This document shows, piece by piece, positions 12,143 through 23,822 of a DNA stretch of 34,437 nucleotides (the stretch's first letter is position 1; each line of letters opens with the position of its first letter). The DNA lies in assembly GCA_023231475.1 (NCBI GenBank), contig JALJEE010000072.1, forward strand, positions 1 through 34,437. Reading direction: 5' to 3'. The notes under the pieces were generated by a model that was not told the DNA's origin, searched no databases, and worked only from the letters and a program-made list of their open reading frames with translations. Source of the DNA: Seison nebaliae (Eukaryota). Made by a program: the position numbers and the translations under genes.

Positions 12143-13332
12143 TCGAACTAATTTGTTGATTGATTTATTAAGTCGAATTCTTCCCAATAATTCACAGCAG
12201 ATTCGAATGAACATTTCTTTTTTCTAAAGATGCGAGTGAACCTGATTCAGTTTCGATAATAGTTTCGTTGTTTTATAAAATTTTTAATTGTGAAAAAAAT
12301 GACACTTCAAATTAACAATTGATTTAATGTTATTGATAGCATCTTTACCATTGCTTGCTCCTTTCAAACTGAACGACTAAATATAATAAAGTTTTGTTAT
12401 GTCGTTCAGTATTTTTTTTCTACTTTCGTCTGACTCGAAGGTTTCGAATTGAGAAGTGTCGTTTGTGTAAGAGATATGAATGAATGATTACGATTAATTA
12501 ATTAGCATATTATTTAATTAGTAAATGTAAGCAAATTCAATTGCATGAAACTCATATCAGTATGAATAATTAGATTAGAATAATTCAATAGACCGGAAGA
12601 AATTCGTAAGAAGTAAAAAGAATCGATGAAAATTCATTCGAGAATTCTCTGATAGTTGAACATCGAAGAGTTCAAGGAAACTGAAATAGATCTGTAGTAA
12701 CTATCTCTCCCAATTTATCTTTACAGTAGTAGATCCGTAGGAGATAAATTAGTATGTTTGGGAAGGGAAAAAGAAAACCGGATGAATAATTAAGAAATTT
12801 GTTAAGATATGATAGAGTTTAATTGAAATGAGATAGAAACTAATTTGAGAAATTGATATAGTCGAATAAGAAATTGATTATTAATGAAACTACTTCAGTG
12901 AACGTTTAATGAATCACATTAATCATACGACAAAGGAAATTTTGAAAATTTTCATCTGTTTTCATTTCTCTTCGCTTCTACTACTATCTCTTTATCATCA
13001 TCTTCAAATTAATGGATTGATCGATTTATTAATTATCGCTCGAAATTATTTGATATTGTGATATGTTGTAGGAAATGAAAAGAAGAATTGATTTTAATAG
13101 CATTATTAAATATTTTCTTTTTTTGTTAATAATCACAATGCCATTTATAACCAGCATAGATAATGAAATCAACTAAACTAATTTATATCTTTCTCCCATT
13201 TTTTGTCATACAATATTGTACGATATTCTAACATCTGATGTGTTTATTTGAATTCTGTTAGATTTAACGTTTGATCTTTTATTTTAGTGGATTTACAATC
13301 GCCATCAAATTTCCTTTATATCCTCCTTCATT

Positions 13333-14429
13333 ATGGCCACATTAACCCTGTCACGAGGTATGTTTAAACCGGATGAATGGTCATCAAATAGAAATCGAGA
13401 AATTAGTCGTTTGTACCCTCTAATGTACAGTTAGTAATTTTATCTAAAAAATTTTAGATTTCTCATTCCCGCCATAAGATGTTATGATTCTTATTATTTA
13501 TTTTAGAAAGTTTTAGTTAAAATTAATAAAATTAAAAATTTGTTTTAAGAAAAAGACCAAACAGATAAGAATTACACATAATTTTCGGCTTTGATGATAA
13601 GTTAAAAAGTGTTTTAATGACTCTACTCATATTGATGATTGAGAATGATGACATCATTCATATAATTATACAAATATATCTCCCAAAACTTAAATTAGCC
13701 TTCATTTATTACTTTATGAATATTTTATCAATGAACAATATCAATCATCTAATACATCGGAAGTCGATGTCGTCTCAACATCGATGAATTATAAGAACTT
13801 TTTGTAACAACAAATCATTTATCTAACAATTCGTAATTCTCTAAATTTCATTGAACGAATATTAGCGATGCTCTTGTCTATTGATTGTGTATCAGGTAGC
13901 GAGATATCCAGATATTATCACGTAACAACATTTAGATTAATTTAAAAATTTTTTGTTTTCCAATAGATCGAGAACCTAGAAGGCGACAAGAAACTTATGT
14001 GAAGATCGACCGATTGTTAGGAGAAGAATTATTGAAAACCAGAAGACGTCAGAGATTCGGTCAATCTAAACAATTAGTGAAACCATCACAACGATATGCC
14101 ACGTTCAACAATCATCCTCCTTCAAAGAAGAGACAATTGAATAGAGAACGAAGACCCAACTCAATCAAACGAACTAAATCGACAATGACTTACATGAATA
14201 ATCAATTGCCACAATCTTATTATTATTATTATGATTATGGAACTGGTCAATACGTCTACTATCCATATATGGTCAACCAGAATCCAATCAATCAAACTCA
14301 AATAATACAAAATTCACAATCTGCTCCCATCAATTTCCTCGGTCAACAATCCACCCAACTACCTTCACATTCGATTTCTACTGTTCAACAACCCACATTA
14401 TTATCCCAACAACCAACACATCAACCCCT

Positions 14430-14460
<31 letters not shown>

Positions 14461-16068
14461 ACACAACAAATAGGAGGAACAACAATTGCAAATTTACAAT
14501 CTTTATTTCAATCAAAATTACCACTACAAGGACAACAACAACCAATTAGACCAAATCTACATCGAAATCCAAAGCCACAACGTCATTTTAGTACAATCAA
14601 TCAACAGCCGACAATATATCGAAATACTTTTGGAAGTGTACCTTGGAATGATGAAAGGAATAAAGATTTTAATCAAAATTATGATGATTGGAATTATGAT
14701 CACCCGACAATTACACAACCAAAATTATCGAATAGTTACGCAACTCTGAAGAAAGTTATAAAGAGTAATTCTCCATTCTCCTCATCGATCAAAGATGTAT
14801 CGCCCTTATTAGATAATGGAGTAAAATATGCATCATTAAATAAACGACAAAAGACTCCTAAACATTCTTCCACTGTTATCAATGTGGAATCATTCTCTAA
14901 ATTGCCTCCTAAAAATTCGTTATATGGGAAAGGTGTGATCGAAGATGGGAATGATGATATTAATTATGTTATGGATAGTATTCATCGAATAAGTTTCCAA
15001 AATAATAATGAAACGAATAAAGAAACGAATTTTTATGATCGAGTTTATTCGACTGCTTATGGAACATTAAAGAAAATGAAGAGGCCAACAATCTTTGATA
15101 TCTTCCCTCGAAATTCGTTAAAACATTCGAAAACCGAATTAAATTTAGATCAAAGAGAAAACGGATTAAAATGTATTGCTCGACAAATTATCAGGAATCG
15201 TTCTCATGAAAATGATGTAATTTCGTCTATCAGTGATTCGAACAAGAATCGAAAGAAGAAACGACGTTTAGCTTATTTTAGTATTGATCGAAATAAGAAA
15301 AATGTTTCCGGTTCTTCTTTCAATCCATCCACTTCGACTATTATGGAAGAAGATCTTTCGAAATTAATCGATTCCCAAGATAACACAAATAATTCTAATG
15401 AGAACTACGAGCAAAATTTCAATATGAACAACAAACAAAATCAATTTGATACAAATTTCTTATCAAATCAATACACTAATTCCTCTTTTTATTCGAATAA
15501 TACAATTCGTCAAATTCCAATTAACAACTCTGTGTCAACTCCTTCATCTCCGATTATCGCAAAATCGGAAGCCGATATCAAAAAAGAAAAGGAAGTCATC
15601 AAGGAACGTATTAGGCAATCGGTTATGAAAATATTTGATCTGAAAGATTTCTACGAATGTAATGACATGAAATTCATCATTCGAGAAATCGAAGAAATGA
15701 TTCAAGAATTCCGCATTAATCGCAGTCGAAATAATTCCATTAGTCGAGGAACGCTACCCGATTTAGGTAATGCTTGTAGAACAAGTAACTTATGTTCTCT
15801 TAATTCCATGTCTCTCGTTTGTTGTCGACGTGTGTTAATGTCACTCGGTGTGGCCGAACCAATAGTGACAGAAATTATTCATTCACTGACACTCATCAAA
15901 TTGATGGAAAAGAAATCAGGTTCTTTTATTATTTCTAATCAAAATCGAAAGTTTAAAAAAATTTCATTTTCAGATTCAACCGTGCGAGAAAATCGTCTAA
16001 CATCAGCAGAATTAATACAATTTCTAATGGTGACACAATTTATCGACCGTCCACCACCAAATCCATAG
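13333..16068 (+). CDS. Orphan Gln/Asn-rich low-complexity protein with helical C-terminal domain; candidate first exon from ATG 13333 spliced to acceptor 13966; probable 54-nt intron 15920-15973
   Basis: 689-aa ORF 13999-16068, open back to the TAG acceptor at 13966 (phase 1). Two phase-1 donors follow ATG 13333 (13358 GTATGT, 13430 GTTAGT). The 5' end is uncertain. Confidence 0.7.
14431..14460 (+). repeat. (CAA)10 microsatellite encoding poly-Gln
   Basis: Read directly from the sequence. Confidence 0.95.
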
Positions 16069-16920
16069 ACTATTTTTCTTTTTCATTTTCATTCCAATCT
16101 ACTTTTCTCTCTTTATGAACACTTTAATACAATTGTTCAGTTTCAATCCGTTCCCAAAAAAGAAGAAAACCATCAACATCGACTGAATACAGAAAATTAT
16201 TACTATCCTTCTTTTTTCCACTTAATAAACTTTTTATTATTGAAAACACTTTTCTTTTTCTCCAAAAATTTCCCCAGAAAATATAGTCATCCATCGGACA
16301 GATTAGAAGTGTCGTGGTCAATTTATTTTACTGGAAAACTAATTTAAAAAAGAATTTGAATAAAACTGAAAATTTATCAAAAAATTATTTTGGTTGAGAT
16401 TAAAATCTGTACATGTGGAATAATGAAAAGATTTTGAATGAAATTGAAAATAAAATAAAAGTAGAACTGTTCAAATGATGATTGTAAGATTTTTGTGAAA
16501 TGAACTGAGAAATAATAAGCAGACTATGCAGAAAAACGAATGTTAAACTTGAAAATTGTAGAAATAAAATATTTTGTGGAATGGAAAAACTTGAAGATGA
16601 GAAATCGTAATAATAAACGTAAAAAAGAAACTGAAGATTCGGATGAAAAAATAAAATATGAAGAAATAATAAACTGTAAAATAGTGAAAAAATAATAATG
16701 AAAATGTAGAGGTAAGTAGTGCAGAAGAGAGAAGTATAATTGTTCGGAAATGAGAAAAGTATTAGAAATCAGAAAAAGGAATGTTCTTTCCTTTTCTTAT
16801 TCTGGGAAGAAAATGGAGAATAAATAGAATAAATTAAATGAAAGAAAATTGAGAGAATCGAAGATATTCTTCAAGTTATTATTCGAGTTCCATCATCAAC
16901 TGATGCAAACCGACAATCTA

Positions 16921-19713
16921 TTAATCTTTGGATAATTGTTGAACTTTCAAAAAGATTTTCGGATTGTTTCCATTTGTCAACGATAAAGTTGTTGATGTTG
17001 GTCTATTCTTCGTTTGTATTGGAATGGATTCATTTGAATTTGACATATGAATAGACTCGGAAGAAATGGAAGAATCCATATGTTTCCCAACAGAAATTCC
17101 TCTTAATAGTGGATCATCATCTTTGGGAAGGAGAATTTCATGAAATTCTAAAGACAACGGAGTACAATCATTCATATCATAAGATCCATCTTCTGACGGT
17201 TTCCCGAAAAAGAAATTCTCCATCGAAACTGGAATATGTCGATCATTTTCATTTGAAATAAATCTGGGCTTAATCACCGTTTGAGATTGTAATATATCGT
17301 CGTTCTGAAGAGGATGAATAATATCATTCAAATTGGATTGGAATTGGAATGAATGATCGCCACCAAAACAGAATTCACTTGATGATAAATCGGTTGCAGA
17401 TCGACATGATTCGACTTTATTACAAGACGATATACAATTGACAAATTCAGATGATCCAGAATCGTAATCGGAATATTGTTTACCAGTCGACAGATTAGAA
17501 TTAAGTGACAAAGATGAATTAGATGTATAAAAAGATTGAAGATTTGAGAAGACGTCGTTCGATTTAGAATGATATAACGATTCGAGAACGTATGGTGCCA
17601 ATGTTGAAGTGGAGATGGTTGGTGAAGTAATGATTGAACCATTCGACGGTGATGTAGTGACAATAGTTCGAGGAATGATATTACAAAGTAATTCATTTGA
17701 ATTTGAAATTAAATAAGGATGTGTTGAGATATTTGTATCAGATGTGGAAGTGGATGAAAATATATTTGATGAAGATAAATTATTATTAATATCGTTATTC
17801 ATATTCTTATGATTATTATCCATATTCGTATTATTATTAATCATTTTACCCGATCCACGATTGTTGTTATTATTCATCATCAAATTATCATTATGATTAG
17901 AGCGAATTATCGGATCTGAATAATATGTCTGTTTTGTGAAATGATCAATATCTCCATCATTATTCCAATAATTTGTTATGCTACTACTAATAGTAGGAGG
18001 GATAGATGGAACATGTAAATTGTCCCGATTCATTTCAACTAAATTTTCATTTGAACGAGTCTCTCCATTCGAATATTGTTCATCCGTCAATTGTTGTCCT
18101 ACTGGTACTGACGTTTGATTATTCGATGAAAATTTATTTAAAGAATTCTCCTCAATATTCTTGTTGGTCTTCTTGATGAGATCCAACATCTCTCGAGATT
18201 GACCATAAAAATTCTTTTGAAACAAAACATTAATTGGAGGAAGTAATGATGACATTCCAGGATCTTTCTGGAATTGCTGAGTGAGTGCACATGCCTCATA
18301 ATTATTCACAGTCGATTGAGCACTAACTGATGGAAATTGAACTGCTAAATTACATTTTAATGTATTTCCATTCACCCCTTCTTGACCGTTAGAAGAAATA
18401 ACGGTTGATTTGGATCGACATCTCTTCTTGACAGGAGTCTCATTACCATTCTGATGAGTTGCACCACCAAAATTCTCATTATTCTTCTGTTCATTCCCAT
18501 ATGTCACATAAATGTTACTACAATTGTTGTTGCAATTGTTTGGTAAGTTCTGAACAACATCGAATGAATTAGATTTAAATAAAGTTCGATTCTCATAACG
18601 ATTCTCATCATTCTTTCCACCACCACTACCACCACCTTTCTTTGTTTTATTCAATTTCGTCTTCTTTCCACCTTTATTATTTCCATCAATTATCGCCACA
18701 GGCGTTCGTGTTACTAAAGTGATAGCATTACCATTAACAACATGATTATTCATCGTATTCACATCATACGAATAACAAGTACGTGGTTGAGCTGAAGTTG
18801 TGGAAGATCTTGTGGGACGTGAAACTGCTGATATTTGCATCATCGGAATCGTATCATAAAGAGGTGGTCTCAATCGAATTTCCATCGGAATATTCTCCAA
18901 CAATCTCACTGGAGGAACGATACTTTCCAACTGATCTTTCGTCTTATTATAATTCCGTTTTCGAACGGTAGAATTCCAATGATTCTTTACTCCATTATCA
19001 GTTCTAATCAAATTGAGAATTAGAAGAATAATAATTAATTTAAACCTTCCTGGAATATATTTTGCAATTTCTGCCCATCGATTTCCCAAACGTCGATGTA
19101 AATAAACAATCGCATCATTCTCCTCTTCAGTCCAAGGATCTTTATTGATATCAGGACATAAATGATTATGCCATCTGGAGAATTATCAAATAATTCATTG
19201 TGAATTAAGAATAATGATGAAAAATAAACCGTTCTCGACATTGCTTCCCAACTCGACCTTCTAAATATTTTGCGATATTTGACCAATTTCTAGGTCCGAA
19301 TCTATTCACTAATCGTACCATTAACTCATCCTCCTATAAGGAAGAAAGAAATGATGAGAATACATTTCAAATAATTGAACTTGTTTCGACCATGGTCCTT
19401 TGATGCAACGCTGTTTATTCACTTGTTTCCATTGTTGTTCACATTCCTCCGGTGTTACATTAGTTCCCATATATGAAGAAATGGCAATCCATTTGTTAGT
19501 GCCAAATTGTGTCACCAACTGTCGGAGAATCATCAACTATCAATGGAAATTGAATAAGAATAATAAAAAGAATATGATAAATGAAATAACTTCTCGACTC
19601 GTCCAAATGTGAGATGATTCAACATTTGTTTGCTTTTGATGCAAATTAGTGATAAGTTCACTTTTCACCTTCTCTGGTGAAATGATGGAAGACGATCTTT
19701 TTGGATTTCTCAT
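16921..19713 (-). CDS. MYB: Three-repeat (R1R2R3) Myb transcription factor; 5 exons (19713-19591, 19536-19381, 19333-19230, 19174-19046, 19003-16921)
   Basis: WTSRE..W....W (R1), KGPWSKQEDEL...[30 protein letters not shown] (R2), WTEEE...[27 protein letters not shown] (R3). Introns of 54, 47, 55 and 42 nt. Confidence 0.93.
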
Positions 19714-20330
19714 TTTATAACTGACTATGAAGAATTTGAAACGAGATAATTTCAAATTTGAATTTATAGTGAGAATGGAAATAAAAATAAAGTGATTGAA
19801 GAAAAGAAGGAAAACTTGATTAAGTTTTGAGATGAATACTCATCCACAGGAGAGTAACGACTTTAAAAGAGTATACGTGTAATTATTGATTGGAAGTGGA
19901 AGAGATGTGAATTTGGAATTAATAAAATTTTCTTAATTTGGATAATATTGAAATTGAAGAACAGAAGAAATTGACGAATATTTATAGATCTCTATATACA
20001 CGCAAGAGATAGGATTGATGCAAATAGCAGTAAATATGAATAACCGTTAACTTCTTCTATTCGATCCCATCTTACTCTCTTGCACCCATCATTCTCGATA
20101 GACTAACAGACAAAAATGATGTCATCAGCTTATCGTCACTTATCGGTGGACAGCTTAACTTTGAAACATTTCCAACTTTTCAAATTTTTTCTTCTTTTAT
20201 CACCATTTTCTCATGTTTTCCGATGCTTCCCTTTCTTCTCTCATCATTCTCCAGTGACAACCTTATGTCATTCTTAAACTATTGATCTATTCCTCTCCAA
20301 ATGTATAGAATAGAGATTTTTCTCCATCTC

Positions 20331-20344
20331 GTTGTCATGGCGAC
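20331..20344 (+). promoter_or_regulatory. RFX X-box upstream of BBS7
   Basis: GTTGTCATGGCGAC fits the X-box consensus (GTNNYY-AT-RRNRAC), 73 bp before the ATG of a ciliary BBSome gene. Confidence 0.8.
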
Positions 20345-20416
20345 GTATAATATTTATTTTTATTTTCTAAAAAATTTTTTTTATAAAATTTCTTCAATCT
20401 TCTATTGGCAAGTTTC

Positions 20417-23018
20417 ATGGAGAACGAATTGTCTCGAATTGATTGTTTTCAATCGAATGGAATTAATAAGAATTGTATGAAAATTTTCAAAGGTAAGAAA
20501 GATGAGAAAATCTGTTATGCTGACAAGGATGGTCTCATCTCATTCTATCAATTGAATACAGGAACTTTGCAAGTTCGTTTCAACTTTTTACTAAAGTTTA
20601 AGAAATTTTTGAAAACAGAAATCATGGGAAGTAAATATTGGAGAAAGTGTGGAATGTATTCGTCTTATCAGAAAGAACGGAGAGTCGTTGATGGATCGAT
20701 TTTTTGTATTAACTCAAAAGAATATTTGTGGATTCTCGAAAAAAGGCAAAACATTTTTCCAACTATCACTCCCATCAACCATTCAAGAAGTAAAGGATTT
20801 GTTTGAACAAACTCTGTTTAAAAAAAATAATCATTCCCTTTTTTTAAGTATAATTGTGGATGCATTCATTCATGTTCTCAGTCAAACTACTTACTATTTG
20901 TATGAAGGAGCAGAATCCATAAACAAATTATCTATTAGTAGTGGTGCAAATGCATTAATCGATCTTTCTCCTTCTCACATATTAGTCGTCACTGATTCTC
21001 GTTCAATCGTTTTAATCGAAGTTTTATATTTTACTGATAATTTTTAAATGACAATTTATTATAGAACGGAGAGTTGTTGGATGAAATTGATTTCCAATCA
21101 GGAACAATTGTAAAATTGGTTAAATGTAAATCATTCCGAAACAATCCGAACGATTTGATTTTTGTTACGAATGAAGGTATTTTTGGATTTTGCACATTTC
21201 ACCTGTTATTATACTTATAAAAAAACTGAAATTTCAAATGTTTATTTGTGAAGGAATGAAAAGATTTGTCAAATTCATTGGACAATTGAGAACGATCGGA
21301 ATAACTTTAATTCCTCAATCACTTCTCTAGTCGTATTTGATATAACTGGAGATGGAATTGATGATATAATTGTTGGTCGATCAAATGGAAATGTTCACGT
21401 TTTCTGTTTCCCTTCCGATGATACAACATCGCAACCCCTTCAACAATATAATTATGTTAATTCCATTTATTTTTGTTATTCATTAAAATTTCTTTTCTTT
21501 TCATGCAAAGATCGGAAATGAAAGTGTTGGATCATTAGATTGTGGTAGAATAAGGAATAATAATTTGGATGAAATTATTGTAACAACACAACAAGGATGG
21601 ACATTCTCTCTTACCATACGTGACGAATCAGTAACGAATTCATTTGGTTCCAATTTAGAAAGAATTAATCAATTACAGTTCACATTTGAAACAATTTTTT
21701 TCATCTTTATTGCTAATTTACAGGAGAGATGTAGAAAATTTGGAAGTAGAATTAAAACATAAAAAATCGATATATTATTCGCAATGTAAGAAAGAAAACG
21801 CCATGGCTGCATTACCTTCATTCCGTATAACATCAACAATGGAATTAAAAGAATCGACTGCTTCGTATGTCCTAGAAGTTAAAATTTCTTCCAATATTTT
21901 AATATATTAATCGGTTACTTACTAATGTTCCAGATCGAATGTGAACATACAATTGATCTAATATTGTTACAATCAGATGTACCCATTGATGTACTAAATC
22001 GAGATACAAACGCTGCTGTTATCAGTTTTAGTGATTTGTCAGATTCAGTTAATATTTTAAATTTTCCATTTTTTAATCAATTTTAAAGGAGGAAAATCAT
22101 TTGTTGGCAACTTATCGATGCCAAATGAACACGAATCGAATTGAAATTACGATAAGAACTGTTGAAGGTCAAATTGGTGACTTGACTTGTTATGTTACTC
22201 CGAAAATTGTACCAAAAGTTTGTCGCACTGTAGCATGGAAAATACTTCCATTATCTCTACATGCACCGAGATCAAATGTTGACAGAAGTTCTTTAGAGTT
22301 GAAAGAACTGCATTCTTTAACATTCGAAGGACAATTTAGTATTCAACAACCACATTCTTGGCTGTTACTTATTCTACCAAAATTAACTACTAATACTCCC
22401 CAAAATTCGACTCAACTTGTCCACTACATCAACACATTTCTTCAAACTCATCTTTATATTCAATTTAAGTTTCTTTTGTTTGTGTTTTAGTTCGATTTGA
22501 TTGATTTCTAATATAAAAGTGAAAATAAATTGGAATTCTTCTCCGACAATATTTCCACAATAACAATCTTGAAAGATGCTGTTAGTCGTCAAGCAACTTT
22601 GGCATCAGTTAAATTGAAAATAAATTTTCACATATCTCAAATCGCCTTGGAAAAAACTTTGGAGAAAGTTCATCCATTATTGCAACATCAGAAGGATTTG
22701 TTGAGGAAGAAACAGATGATTGAACCGATTCGAGAAATTATTCAACATGAACGAATTGAACGTCCGGAAGTTAAAGCGGAAGAATGTCTATCAAAACAAT
22801 TCCTCCATCTTTATCAACATTCCGATGAAGTAGAAGAAGAAGCAGAACGATCACCATCACATCTTCAACGACTTTTTGGAATGATTACTGATCTTTACAT
22901 CGATCAACATAAGATGCATGGAACAAACGTTAAAAGTCGAATCAATGAACTTAATTCAATTTTAGAAAATTATTCATTCGATCAATTATTATCATTCTTT
23001 CTTTCAACTTCTACCTAA
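20417..23018 (+). CDS. BBS7: Bardet-Biedl syndrome 7 protein; 10 exons (20417-20572, 20619-20800, 20849-21020, 21065-21204, 21254-21455, 21511-21677, 21724-21877, 21934-22047, 22089-22468, 22520-23018)
   Basis: LSRIDCFQ, GFSKKGKTF, FDITGDGIDDIIVGRSNG, LLQSDVPID, LATYRCQMNTNRIEITIRTVEGQIG, FFSDNISTITILKD, LQRLFGMITDLYID. All junctions are in phase. Confidence 0.95.
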
Positions 23019-23383
23019 TAATCAAAAGAACAGTTTACATGTATTTTAATGAAATGATAAGAATGATGAGAATAATTATTTCCGTTGATCAAAAACAAGA
23101 AACAGAACATGAAATTGAAAACAAAAAATTATTGATATTTATTTGTGATTCTCTTCGCAATGATTATAATTTTGTCGTTTCGTTTTTTCATGGAAATAAT
23201 TATTTTTGTTGTCTCCATTTCTTGTGAAATTTTAACAAAATCGAACTGAATATATTTGAAGTTGTTTCATGGGAAGCATTGGAAGAATGAATTATTGCCA
23301 ATTGATGAATAGTTTCTCTTATTCATCATTTCAAATAAAAATTTACACATAAAATTTTATCGACAATATTGTTTAACAAAATA

Positions 23384-23419
23384 ATGATGATGATGGTGGT
23401 GATGATGATGATGATGATG
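23384..23419. repeat. Imperfect (ATG/GTG)n trinucleotide microsatellite between the convergent BBS7 and CK1 3' ends
   Basis: atgatgatgatggtggtgatgatgatgatgatgatg. Confidence 0.9.
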
Positions 23420-23822
23420 TTGAATCCATAAGTATCCAATAAATATCAGTTTTTTCTTTTGTATTCTACAAAATTCATGTTGTCGATAAAGAGGAAGATA
23501 AGACGAGAAATTAGATAATTATCATTCTTACAATTTTCATAAATTTTTTTAATGATTATTCATAAGAAACTATAGAAATAGCAGAAAAATAATGTGATGT
23601 GAAAAATTAATTTTTTTTAAATTTTTAGAAATTTAATGTTCAACAAATTATCAGTTCGTGTGATATAATAAAGAATAAGAAAAAGGAGAGCGAGAAATAG
23701 AAAAGAATAAAATTTATCCATGATTCTTATTTGTCACTGAATTCTATTCATGGCAATGGAGACGTAAAATGAGGAAATTAAAAATTGATAAAATTCGTTT
23801 TGTTCAATAAGTTAAATGAATA

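Noticed and set aside
9565..12227. Frameshifted or pseudogenised XPR1, suggested by many broken ORFs
   Set aside because: Every break is bridged by a phase-compatible GT-AG intron, giving an intact protein. The same holds for BBS7, CK1 and GRAMD1.
12712..12750. Hairpin AATTTATCT...AGATAAATT as a pre-miRNA
   Set aside because: The stem is only about 11 bp and AT-rich, which is expected by chance.
14486..19023. Alternative-frame and antisense ORFs (14486-14749, 15446-15628, 17328-17696, 18783-18971, 18835-19023 and similar)
   Set aside because: These are shadows of real coding exons with no independent evidence.
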